Assembly (NCBI GenBank): GCA_963836185.1
Contig: CAWIIQ010000001.1
Location: 96,001 to 160,000 of the forward strand
Source of the DNA: Candidatus Krumholzibacteriia bacterium
GTDB taxonomy: Bacteria > Krumholzibacteriota > Krumholzibacteriia > Krumholzibacteriales > Krumholzibacteriaceae
DNA length: 64,000 nt
Reading direction: 5' to 3'
Position 1 is the first letter of the stretch. The number at the start of each line of letters is the position of its first letter. The notes below the pieces were generated by a model. The model was given only the letters and a program-made list of their open reading frames with translations, did not search any database and was not told where the DNA came from. This document shows positions 30,611-39,152 of this stretch, one piece after another. Both the position numbers and the translations under genes were made by a program.

Positions 30611-31557
30611 TGTGACTGTTTTTTTCTCTTTCTTATGTAGCGTATTACATACTGGGGATTCTTTGAATTATCGAGACAGAGACGGCCCAGATATTCGCCG
30701 ATGACGCCCAGGAGCAGAAGCTGCAGCCCGGCGAAGAATACGATTGTAGTGAGGACAGTCGGTATTCCGAGTGTCACATCAGGCGTTATGTACAGCTTGT
30801 CGATAGCGATGGCGATGAACGCAAGAATACTCAAGCCCGAGGCCAGAAGGCCCATCAGAGTGGCAATGCGCAACGGCGCGATGGAAAAGCCAAGGAATGA
30901 GTTCAGCCACAGGAAGAACAGCTTCGATACCGTGTAACTGGATTGCGATGTTTCCCTCGGCCTGTGCTCGACATCTATCTGGCCCAGGTTTCGAGTCGAT
31001 CGCACTATCAATCCGTCAATATATGGAAACGGGCCGTGGTACCCCGTTATCTCGTCCACGACAAAGCGGTTCATGATCTTGAAACTCGACAAGTAGAGGT
31101 CGCGCGGTTTCTTGAGCAACAAGTTGGCAACGTGATGGTTGAGCTGACTCCCAAGGTTGCGCCACCTGCTGTGATGTTTTATCCGGTATCGCCCGAACAC
31201 GACATCGAAATCCTTCTCCCTGATCTCTTCGTACATTTTAAGCAGTTCTTCGGCGGGAGTCTGTCCGTCGTCGTCAAGTGTCGCGATGTAGGCGCCTGAA
31301 GCCTGGCCTAGACCAGCCATGACAGCGTTGTGCTCTCCGAAATTGCGCGACAGGTTGAGAAATGTGATCGTATCGGGGTGTGACTCGTAAAGGGCCTGGC
31401 AGTCTTCTTCGCTGTCGTCGACAGAGCCATCGTTTACGAGCACGATCTCGAAATCGATGCCCGCGAAGACCTCGTGGATGTGTTCGACGACCGTACGGAC
31501 CGCGCCGCAACTGTTGTAGACTGGTATGACAATAGAAAGTTCAGGTGTGGTTTCCAT
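30580..31557 (-). CDS. GT2 polyprenyl-phosphate glycosyltransferase (ArnC/GtrB-like)
   Basis: VNDGSVD, SRNFGEH, DDDGQ, two C-terminal TMs, GEYLGR. Confidence 0.9.
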   Translation of the reverse strand: METTPELSIVIPVYNSCGAVRTVVEHIHEVFAGIDFEIVLVNDGSVDDSEEDCQALYESHPDTITFLNLSRNFGEHNAVMAGLGQASGAYIATLDDDGQTPAEELLKMYEEIREKDFDVVFGRYRIKHHSRWRNLGSQLNHHVANLLLKKPRDLYLSSFKIMNRFVVDEITGYHGPFPYIDGLIVRSTRNLGQIDVEHRPRETSQSSYTVSKLFFLWLNSFLGFSIAPLRIATLMGLLASGLSILAFIAIAIDKLYITPDVTLGIPTVLTTIVFFAGLQLLLLGVIGEYLGRLCLDNSKNPQYVIRYIRKRKKQSQWKSTKINAY

Positions 31558-31981
31558 GAATCGACCTCAATACAGTTCTAATTCCAGAGATCCCCTGCTG
31601 CGAGGTATATAACTGCCTGCGGGCGCCTATATACTTCGCGCACAACGAAATTAAACCCACCTAGCCTTCAGCGCTCTACGAGCCGAAACTCGAAAAGCAT
31701 GGCGGAGCTTGATGGGTTACATATTGATAGGTGATATCCCTGAAGTAGCCTGAACCTACTATCTACTAATGAATGTTATCATATGGTGAGCTGGATGTCA
31801 AGATGCCGGCTGGCGCCAGCGCATGCGCTATCCTGATAGTATTAATGTGGTAAAATTGTCAAAAGTGGCCGTCCAGGCAGACAGCCCCGGTTTAAGGTCT
31901 TTTGTCAAAGCTCCGATTCCGATAATATCGGTGTATGCCGGATACCAGCTCCCACTGATCGTGACCGCCGCCGAAGGAGTG

Positions 31982-33166
31982 ATGGGAATCAAGAAGAAGA
32001 AATGGTATTCGAATGTTACCCACTGGATAATCGCGGCAGTGGCCTCGACGGTCCTTATTATCGTTCTGCATCTCGTCGCCGAGACGGCCCCGGCCGGTAA
32101 TCCGCCCCTGGAGAACGAGCTCCAGGGTGTCCTTGAGGAATTCCTGTCTGAAAACATCATCGCACCAGGTCTGTCTGCCTGCGTGATCTGTCCTGATCTG
32201 GGGCTGGACTGGTCCGGTGCGGCGGGTAGCGCGGCGAAGAGTGACAGCACGCCGATGACAACGGCCCATACATTCCGAATTGCCAGCAACACCAAGACAT
32301 ATGTGGCAGCTTCTGTTCTGCGGCTCGTGGAGATGGAGCGACTCTGCATGGATGATGCTATGAGCGAACATCTGGCTCCGGAAGTGAACGCCTTGCTGCG
32401 CGGTGACGGCTATGACACGGATATCATGACGGTCGCCCAGGTCCTCAGCCACACTGCCGGCCTGGGAGACCACACGAACGACTCTCTTTTCGTTGTCCGG
32501 CTATTTGAAGACAACCAGCACACATGGACCCCTGAGGAACAGATCCGCTGCCTCGTGGAGTGGCGCGAACCTGTTGGAGAACCAGGCGAGAAGTATGTCT
32601 ACTCCGACGCGGGGTACGTCATCCTCGGCACTGTCGTCACGCGTATCACGGGAAAACCACTGGGGCCTTCCGTGCGCGGCCTGGTCGATTTCGAAGGACT
32701 GGGTCTCACGGTCACTTACTGGGAGTATATGGAAGAGCCTCCTGTTGAGGCGGGCCCGCGCGCGCATCAATACTTCGGTGAGGTCGATGTCACATCCTGG
32801 AACGCTTCCTTCGATCTTTACGGAGGAGGAGGCATCGTCACCGATTCCCGCGAACTGGGCCTCTTTATGCGAAAGCTGCTCAAGGGAGAGGTCCTTGCCG
32901 ATGAATCCACGCTCGAGGCGATGACCACCCGGGGGACAGGGCCATACCGTCTCGGCCTTATGGTCCTCGAATGCGACGGGTTCGAGGCATTCGGCCACCA
33001 GGGATTCTGGAACACCTTCGCCTTTCACGTGCCATCGCTGGACCTTACGGTCAGCGGGAGTATCCTGAACCACGACGCGACAAACGGCCGCGAACTGATG
33101 TGCAGGCTGGTGAGTACGGTCGCGGCTGTGTCAGGCCGCCTCAATGTTGACAAAAGTACCAAATAA
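31982..33166 (+). CDS. Serine hydrolase (beta-lactamase class C / D-peptidase family)
   Basis: FRIASNTK (SxxK), LSHTAGL, YSD, GHQG; the frame is open from 31823, so the start is uncertain. Confidence 0.85.
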   Translation: MGIKKKKWYSNVTHWIIAAVASTVLIIVLHLVAETAPAGNPPLENELQGVLEEFLSENIIAPGLSACVICPDLGLDWSGAAGSAAKSDSTPMTTAHTFRIASNTKTYVAASVLRLVEMERLCMDDAMSEHLAPEVNALLRGDGYDTDIMTVAQVLSHTAGLGDHTNDSLFVVRLFEDNQHTWTPEEQIRCLVEWREPVGEPGEKYVYSDAGYVILGTVVTRITGKPLGPSVRGLVDFEGLGLTVTYWEYMEEPPVEAGPRAHQYFGEVDVTSWNASFDLYGGGGIVTDSRELGLFMRKLLKGEVLADESTLEAMTTRGTGPYRLGLMVLECDGFEAFGHQGFWNTFAFHVPSLDLTVSGSILNHDATNGRELMCRLVSTVAAVSGRLNVDKSTK

Positions 33167-33175
33167 TGGTACATT
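33147..33175 (+). promoter_or_regulatory. Sigma70 promoter overlapped by a palindromic operator
   Basis: TTGACA-17 nt-TACATT with extended TG; GTACCA-AATAA-TGGTAC at 33156-33172. Confidence 0.7.
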
Positions 33176-33181
33176 ATGAGC

Positions 33182-33550
33182 ATGAAGTTGTCCCTGGATA
33201 AGATTGACTGTCTGTGCAGGCAGCGAAGCGAAGGGATCGGTGAGATGCTACGTGAAGCCGGCGTCAGCCGTAACGCATTCTATTCGCTGGCGCGAAAAGA
33301 ATACGTGGTGCCTCGATCCCTTATCAATATCGCTGAACATCTCGGGGTTTCAGTTTCTGCATTTCTGGATGATACAGCTACAATGGGCCAGCGGATGAGA
33401 TCCCTTGCCCGGGAAACGGACCGGATCGTGAGGCAACATGAAGAGGTCGATCGGGACAATGTCAGGCATACTCTTCTTCTGCTGAACGAAAAACCGGTGG
33501 ATCGGTTAAGGAGGGCGTTGAGGCGTGGTCGATACGTTGATCTTCGGTGA
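33182..33550 (+). CDS. XRE-like HTH protein, putative antitoxin/regulator
   Basis: LREAGVSRNAFYSL...IAEHLGVSVS HTH; alternative ATG at 33176. Confidence 0.65.
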   Translation: MKLSLDKIDCLCRQRSEGIGEMLREAGVSRNAFYSLARKEYVVPRSLINIAEHLGVSVSAFLDDTATMGQRMRSLARETDRIVRQHEEVDRDNVRHTLLLLNEKPVDRLRRALRRGRYVDLR

Positions 33551-34010
33551 CCGGGAGATAGAATTTCTCCAGGAGCTTGTCCGACAGAAGGTCGATTTCA
33601 TGCTGGTCGGGCTTTCCGCCGCCGCATTGCAGGGAGTACCTGTAGTGACGCAGGACATCGATCTGTGGTTCCGGAAAGTGCCTGATCCCGGCCTGGTGAA
33701 GGCTCTGAATAATGTTAATGCTATCTACGTACCACCGGTTCTGGGGAATCCACCAATGTTTGCGGGCGAAGGCGTCGAACTCTTTGATATAGTGCTAAAC
33801 ATGGATGGGCTCGATGGGTTCGACGAGGAAAAGAAAAACACGATCAAAATACCTTTAGGCCGCTTTAAAGTTCTAGCTCTGAAACTCGAACGGATCATTG
33901 CCAGTAAGGCAGCGGCTGGAAGGGAAAAGGACAGACTTGTCATGAAAGTCCTGGCAGATGCATTGACCGCAATCCAGGAACATGAGACCATCGAATTGCC
34001 AGAAGACTGA
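33525..34010 (+). CDS. Nucleotidyltransferase-fold protein (DUF6036/AbiEii-like)
   Basis: VGLSAAALQG...TQDIDL and K.AAGREKD motifs; overlaps the HTH gene. Confidence 0.7.
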   Translation: MVDTLIFGDREIEFLQELVRQKVDFMLVGLSAAALQGVPVVTQDIDLWFRKVPDPGLVKALNNVNAIYVPPVLGNPPMFAGEGVELFDIVLNMDGLDGFDEEKKNTIKIPLGRFKVLALKLERIIASKAAAGREKDRLVMKVLADALTAIQEHETIELPED

Positions 34011-34059
34011 AGATACTGTGCGGCAAACACCTGCTTTTAAACTGTATAAGGAGAACAAA

Positions 34060-34746
34060 GTGAAGAAAGTGTTCATAGTAGTCGCGGTCATCGTAGTACT
34101 GATAGCAGGCGGGCTGTTTGTTCTGCTGGCCAACCTGAATTCCGTAGTAGCGAAGGCTATCGAGAAGCACGGGAGCAAGGTGACACAGACGAATGTCGCT
34201 GTTTCGGGAGTCGATATATCGCTGAAGGAAGGCCGCGGATCGATAAAGGGGTTGAGCGTGGAGAGCCCCGATGGATTCGATATGCGTGAGGCTTTTTCTC
34301 TCGCGGATATCACGCTCGATATCGATGTACAGAGTCTCAGGGGAGAACCCATCGTTATCGATGAGATCCGGATCCTTGCCCCCGTCGTCAATGTGGAGGT
34401 AAAGGCAACCGGAGCGAGCAACATAGATGAGCTCAGGAAGAACATTGAGGCATCTGTCAGCGGAAACTCCGGCGGCGGCGGTGATTCGGAAGGGAAGAGT
34501 AAAAAAATACGGATCAAGAAGTTCGTATTCGCTGAGGGCAGTATCGAAGTAGATGCGTCGGCCATGGGCCTTGAAAAGCGCACTGTCATCCTTCCCGAGT
34601 TCCAGCTCGACGATATCGGCGGCACCGATGGGGCGACTCCCGATGAGATAACGAGGATCGTCATGGATGCCGTGAGTAAAAAAGTGGCTTCAGAGATCTC
34701 AAGCTCGGGAGTCAAGGGATGGCTCAAGAGCAAGCTCGGCGGGTGA
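34060..34746 (+). CDS. AsmA-like / DUF748-like membrane-anchored protein
   Basis: GTG after AAGGAG; N-terminal TM; VIDEIRI..P, SNIDEL. Confidence 0.65.
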   Translation: MKKVFIVVAVIVVLIAGGLFVLLANLNSVVAKAIEKHGSKVTQTNVAVSGVDISLKEGRGSIKGLSVESPDGFDMREAFSLADITLDIDVQSLRGEPIVIDEIRILAPVVNVEVKATGASNIDELRKNIEASVSGNSGGGGDSEGKSKKIRIKKFVFAEGSIEVDASAMGLEKRTVILPEFQLDDIGGTDGATPDEITRIVMDAVSKKVASEISSSGVKGWLKSKLGG

Positions 34747-34771
34747 GGATTCCTGCCGGGGAAAGGCATCG

Positions 34772-35500
34772 ATGATATCGAAGATATTTGCCGGACTGCT
34801 GTTGTCTGGCGCCCTGATTTTCGCGTTTTCCGGCTGTGCTGCGCTTTCGGAGAGCGCGGGGGACATCCTCAATACGGGCTCCGGAGATGGAGAGCTCGAC
34901 GAATCAGTTGTCATAGATGGTATCAGGGAGGCTCTGCGTGTCGGCACTCAGAACACGGTGATCTCTACCTCGCAGGTAGATGGGTATCTCGGCAATGAAA
35001 TGATCCGGATCGCTCTACCCGAACAGATGGGATCTGTCGCTTCGACCTTGCGGACTGTCGGGCTGGGCGCGTACGTTGACGAACTCGAAGTCGGCATGAA
35101 CCGGGCCGCTGAGCTGGCAGCTGCCGAAGCCCGGGATGTCTTCTGGAAGGCGATCAACAGCATGACCGTTACTGATGCCTTCGGAATCCTCAATGGTGAA
35201 GATACAGCTGCCACCGAGTATTTCCGCAGACAGACCGGCGCCGACCTGAGGGCCCGTTTTCACCCCATAATCGAAGAAAAGATCGAAGAGATCGGACTTT
35301 CGCGGATGTACAGCAAGGTAGCTGATGCTTACAACGATCTTTCCTTTACTGGAGCTCCCGGCCTCGTCGATCTCGATGAATATGTGACAGACCAGGCGCT
35401 CGAGGGTCTTTTCACGGTCCTGGCTCAGGAAGAAAAGAAGATAAGGGAAGATCCGGCGGCGCGCACGACAGAACTTCTGCGGAAAGTATTCGGGGGTTGA
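34772..35500 (+). CDS. DUF4197 family lipoprotein
   Basis: Lipobox FSGC; GIREALRVG, MNRAAE.A, IREDPAARTTELLRKVFG. Confidence 0.88.
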   Translation: MISKIFAGLLLSGALIFAFSGCAALSESAGDILNTGSGDGELDESVVIDGIREALRVGTQNTVISTSQVDGYLGNEMIRIALPEQMGSVASTLRTVGLGAYVDELEVGMNRAAELAAAEARDVFWKAINSMTVTDAFGILNGEDTAATEYFRRQTGADLRARFHPIIEEKIEEIGLSRMYSKVADAYNDLSFTGAPGLVDLDEYVTDQALEGLFTVLAQEEKKIREDPAARTTELLRKVFGG

Positions 35501-35502
35501 CC

Positions 35503-36111
35503 ATGCGCCTTCCCGAGGGTTATTACACGTCAACCGGAGCGGCCCTTATTCTGGGCGGGCTCCTGACCGCCCTGATAAATATTTTTCTGACTCCGCAACT
35601 CGATCTCGGGGCATCATTCGCGGCAACGGCCGGGTCATTCCTGTTTTTTATGAGGCTGGTCCTGGCCGGTATCGCGGCGCTGCTCGTTCTGATAGGCTGC
35701 ACCGGGCTTTATGCGCGGCAGGCTGAAAAGATCGGTGTATTCGGGTTCATCTCGTTTCTTGTGACCTTCATCGGGATGACAGCTCTGTTCGCGAATGAGT
35801 GGACTTATGTATTCGCCGTGCATGAGATTGCGAAGACGGTTCCGGAAGCACTGGAGGCACTGGAGGATTCCGCCCTGTTCGATTCTGGAGCGATAATCGC
35901 TCTGGGATTGACGGTGCTCGGGTGGATCGTCTTTGCGGGTGTGACCTTGCGGGCCGGAATACTGCCTCGCTGGGCTGCCCTGTCCGTTATCGCCGGTTAT
36001 ATCGCTGTGTTGTTGCTTCCCGCGCTTATTGGACCCTGGGGTGCTGCAGGGGGAAATGCGATACTGGGAGCGGGATGGATGGGTCTGGGATGGAGCGTAG
36101 CACGCCATTGA
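35503..36111 (+). CDS. Hypothetical membrane protein (about 6 TM)
   Basis: Hydrophobic helices; GLYARQ..., RAGILPRW pattern. Confidence 0.7.
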   Translation: MRLPEGYYTSTGAALILGGLLTALINIFLTPQLDLGASFAATAGSFLFFMRLVLAGIAALLVLIGCTGLYARQAEKIGVFGFISFLVTFIGMTALFANEWTYVFAVHEIAKTVPEALEALEDSALFDSGAIIALGLTVLGWIVFAGVTLRAGILPRWAALSVIAGYIAVLLLPALIGPWGAAGGNAILGAGWMGLGWSVARH

Positions 36112-36183
36112 TCCCTGATACAATAAGGGCTCCTCAAATGAAGAGCCCGATATCCAGGGAATTGGATCCACCAAGAATAATAC

Positions 36184-36208
36184 GCGGATATTCTAGCAGA
36201 ATATCCGC
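36184..36208. repeat. Perfect 11-bp inverted repeat
   Basis: GCGGATATTCT-AGC-AGAATATCCGC, intergenic. Confidence 0.7.
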
Positions 36209-36354
36209 AAAATATCAATAGGAGGTTCTGCTCATAAGCAACCGTGCGTTATTACGGTTGCCAGGGGGAACGATATTGACCATCATCTTATATACCTTGT
36301 AGAGTTCCGGGCTTGACTGCTACGCTGAATCTGATGATTCCAGAGGAGAAAGTG

Positions 36355-36963
36355 ATGCGAAGACTTTCCGATATAATTATTCTGATGGTCATTCTGGCTG
36401 TGGCCGGTTGCGGCTCGGATGAACCTGTAACTGCTGAGGAGCCTCTCGCCGACATCCACGATCTTCGCGTCGAGCTCGAGTGCCTGGGGGCCGGTTCCGC
36501 CTACGTGAACTGTTATGTGCCGGATGTAGATGAGGAATCCACGGCAGTCGATGGAGAGGAAGGGACGACGTACGATGTGACGATCAGGGTGCGCGGTGTG
36601 GTCGAACAGAAGACCTACAGCGACTATGTTAATGGTGACGGGATGTGGATAGAGGGAGGCGTACCGGATGGAGGCACGTTCAACATATTCAGGCTCCATG
36701 TCTCATCTCCTGACAAGACCTACCATCTGAATTCAGGCACCTCCGGCTACGACGAGTGTTATCTGCTTGATATACAGAAGACGATAATTGTTGATGACGG
36801 CGCGGTCCTCACGCTGATCGCCGATTCAGGCGGAGATAATTACGGTACGATAAACATGGATGGAGATGAAGAGCCGATCGTAGTCACAGGCATAGCTCCT
36901 TATCCTGATCCATTCAACGGTCAATTTGTTCAGTTAGATGTCATCGACATCAGGATTCATTAG
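36355..36963 (+). CDS. Hypothetical lipoprotein
   Basis: RBS GAGGAG; lipobox VAGC; acidic, beta-rich. Confidence 0.7.
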   Translation: MRRLSDIIILMVILAVAGCGSDEPVTAEEPLADIHDLRVELECLGAGSAYVNCYVPDVDEESTAVDGEEGTTYDVTIRVRGVVEQKTYSDYVNGDGMWIEGGVPDGGTFNIFRLHVSSPDKTYHLNSGTSGYDECYLLDIQKTIIVDDGAVLTLIADSGGDNYGTINMDGDEEPIVVTGIAPYPDPFNGQFVQLDVIDIRIH

Positions 36964-36977
36964 ACGGGAGAAGGGTC

Positions 36978-37322
36978 ATGACAAGCATGGAAAAGCTTCT
37001 CGATGCTCTCGATGATTGCGGCGAGGCCGCGGTGTTTTACAAGGGCAAGAACATCATGATGGCCAACAGGCTCTTTTCAGAGATGTTCGAGATCGAGCAG
37101 GAAAAGTGCAAGGGGCTGCCGATCATTGGTATCCTGCATGAGGAATCGATCGAGATGGTCACGGATTTCATAAGGAGAAGGAGTCACGGGGATCCAACTC
37201 TCCCGGCGGCATATACCGCCGATTTCAGGACAAAGAGCGAATCGAGGGTCCCGCTTCAATTGACGATAGTGAAGACGAGCAATACCGAAGGTGCTCTGCT
37301 GGTCATCATACAGAAGGCTTGA
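36978..37322 (+). CDS. Stand-alone PAS domain protein
   Basis: IMMAN..F.EMF...G..I..ILHEE PAS pattern; no output domain. Confidence 0.65.
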   Translation: MTSMEKLLDALDDCGEAAVFYKGKNIMMANRLFSEMFEIEQEKCKGLPIIGILHEESIEMVTDFIRRRSHGDPTLPAAYTADFRTKSESRVPLQLTIVKTSNTEGALLVIIQKA

Positions 37323-37362
37323 GCACAACGTTGTGTCTGGTTGGATCCAGGAGGTTGGGATA

Positions 37363-37881
37363 ATGGCAGGACGGACTGGCTTGATATTTATGCTGGCGGT
37401 CGTTGTGCTGGCAGCAGGTGGACTTTTTGAGGGCGCCCGCAGCGGAGAGCATCAGCTCGGCGGCGGGATCCATTACCTCGAGACCCTGGGGGATATCAAA
37501 GATGTTCCCGAATGGGATTCAAGTTCTCTCGGGTGGATGATCTCCTATCGGTACAAGATGACCCTGATCAAGATCGAGGCCGATCTCGAATGGATCCCCG
37601 ATTACGGCGGTTCTGATAAAACATTGTCCCAGCCGCAGGTATGGCTCATCGTCGGTGGCCTGATCTATGGCGCGGGAGGTATCGGGGGGAGCTACATCGA
37701 CGGTGCCTGGCTCGACAATCCGTTCTACGGCCTGCGGGCGGGGGCCGATCTCACGGTCGCGGGGCTCAATCTCGACCTGTTCGCGGCGTACTTCTTTCAG
37801 AGCACGCAGGTCTTCGAGGATGTAGACCAGAAGGACCTCGACTCGATTACGTTCGGCGCGATAGTTCGATTCGTATTCTAG
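37363..37881 (+). CDS. Outer-membrane beta-barrel protein
   Basis: RBS AGGAGG; signal peptide; ends GAIVRFVF. Confidence 0.65.
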   Translation: MAGRTGLIFMLAVVVLAAGGLFEGARSGEHQLGGGIHYLETLGDIKDVPEWDSSSLGWMISYRYKMTLIKIEADLEWIPDYGGSDKTLSQPQVWLIVGGLIYGAGGIGGSYIDGAWLDNPFYGLRAGADLTVAGLNLDLFAAYFFQSTQVFEDVDQKDLDSITFGAIVRFVF

Positions 37882-38918
37882 GCTGAGAACTCGGCCGCCA
37901 GGGTCCAGTATGGATCCGTAACCGGATGTACCAGCACCGACTCCTCGCCGCCGTGAACGAGTGTGAGTCCGTTTTTCTCAGGGACGACCTCTCCGCACAC
38001 CGCTCCGGGTATCCCGTTTTCACCCAGCGCGGTTACCAGTTCATCCGCCTGATCTGACGCGACGACCGCGAGCAGCGTGCCTTCGCTGATGGCGCTGTAC
38101 ATATCGAAATCGAAGAGATCCGCAGTTTTCTGTATCACAGGCAGAACAGGAATGAGGTCCCGCTCGATACGCAGTCCGTAGGATCCGGCCCTGGCCATCT
38201 CGAAGAGTCCGCCCAGTATGCCGCACTCGGTTGCGTCGTGCATGACATGAACACCTGGGAACGTCCTGGCTATGGCGCATTCGTCGAGGACCGACATCTG
38301 GTCGAAGACTCCTGCGGCCTCCTTCTGAAAATCCTCGCCGCCGGCTGATATGAACCTGTCAGGGAAAAGCGCCGCGAGCAGACCGGTCGCTTCGATCGCC
38401 GGCCCCTTGGTGATGATTATCTTGTCTCCGACAACGGCTCTGTGCGGTCCCCTCAGCTCTGATTCGTCACCGATAGCGATCGCTGTCGCACCGCCTACCA
38501 TGGGGTAGTTGCAGCCTGTGTATCTTGCTGTATGGCCCGTGACGATACTTACACCGTACCTGACCGACTCCTCGTGGACAGTGTTCCACATCTCTTCCAT
38601 CTGCTCCTCGGTCATCTCCGGCGGCAGATTGAGATCGATAGCGAGATGTTTCGGAGGAAGACCCGATACCGCCACGTCGCAGAAGATGATATGAAAGCCG
38701 AACCAGGCGGCTCTCGCGAAACCCAGTGACGGGACGATAAAGAACGGGTCGGTCGACATCGCGATCGCCTGGCCGCCGACACGTATCACTCCGTAATCGA
38801 CGCCGTGGCGAGGACCGATGATGATACTGTCGTCCGTGACGCCAAGCCGGGGGTAGATCACGCGATCGAAGAACTGTGGGTGGATCTTGCCGAGTTCGGG
38901 CAGTTTTTCCTGGTCCAT
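37878..38918 (-). CDS. AIR-synthase/PurM-like family ATP-dependent enzyme under TPP riboswitch control
   Basis: GPRHGVD, STDP, DVAVSG, VTGHT, MHDATECG, ISEGTLL; lacks the HypE C-terminal Cys. Confidence 0.85.
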   Translation of the reverse strand: MDQEKLPELGKIHPQFFDRVIYPRLGVTDDSIIIGPRHGVDYGVIRVGGQAIAMSTDPFFIVPSLGFARAAWFGFHIIFCDVAVSGLPPKHLAIDLNLPPEMTEEQMEEMWNTVHEESVRYGVSIVTGHTARYTGCNYPMVGGATAIAIGDESELRGPHRAVVGDKIIITKGPAIEATGLLAALFPDRFISAGGEDFQKEAAGVFDQMSVLDECAIARTFPGVHVMHDATECGILGGLFEMARAGSYGLRIERDLIPVLPVIQKTADLFDFDMYSAISEGTLLAVVASDQADELVTALGENGIPGAVCGEVVPEKNGLTLVHGGEESVLVHPVTDPYWTLAAEFSA

Positions 38919-38923
38919 ATTTG

Positions 38924-39020
38924 CTCCCTCCGCAGGTGCTGGCCTGATCAGGTTCGACGGGTCCCTGGATCTCCTCCAGGTTCTCAGCCCCGGTTTCGTC
39001 AGCCGAGGGGCTCCCCGGAT
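38924..39020 (-). promoter_or_regulatory. TPP (THI-box) riboswitch
   Basis: Minus strand GGGGAGC...GGCTGAGA...GACCC GTCGAACCTGATCAGG...CCTGCGGAGGGA; the 3' end overlaps the SD. Confidence 0.92.
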
Positions 39021-39152
39021 ATTTCGTCTGACGAGATGATATTGCAGGCGGGCCGAACTGTCAATAGACTGAAACCGGACCGGTCAGGTATCGTACTATT
39101 AATATAACAGTCTTTCGGGATAAGTATCATTCAGCGATCGAGGAGGGGCAGG

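Noticed and set aside
36434-36443. CTGAGGAGCC match to the tRNA-Asn 3' end as a possible attR
   Set aside because: Only 10 bp, inside a coding region and with no integrase; compatible with chance
12305-37881. Integron cassette array or prophage as the explanation for the accessory region
   Set aside because: Mixed gene orientations, no recurring attC-like sites, and no integrase or phage genes recognised
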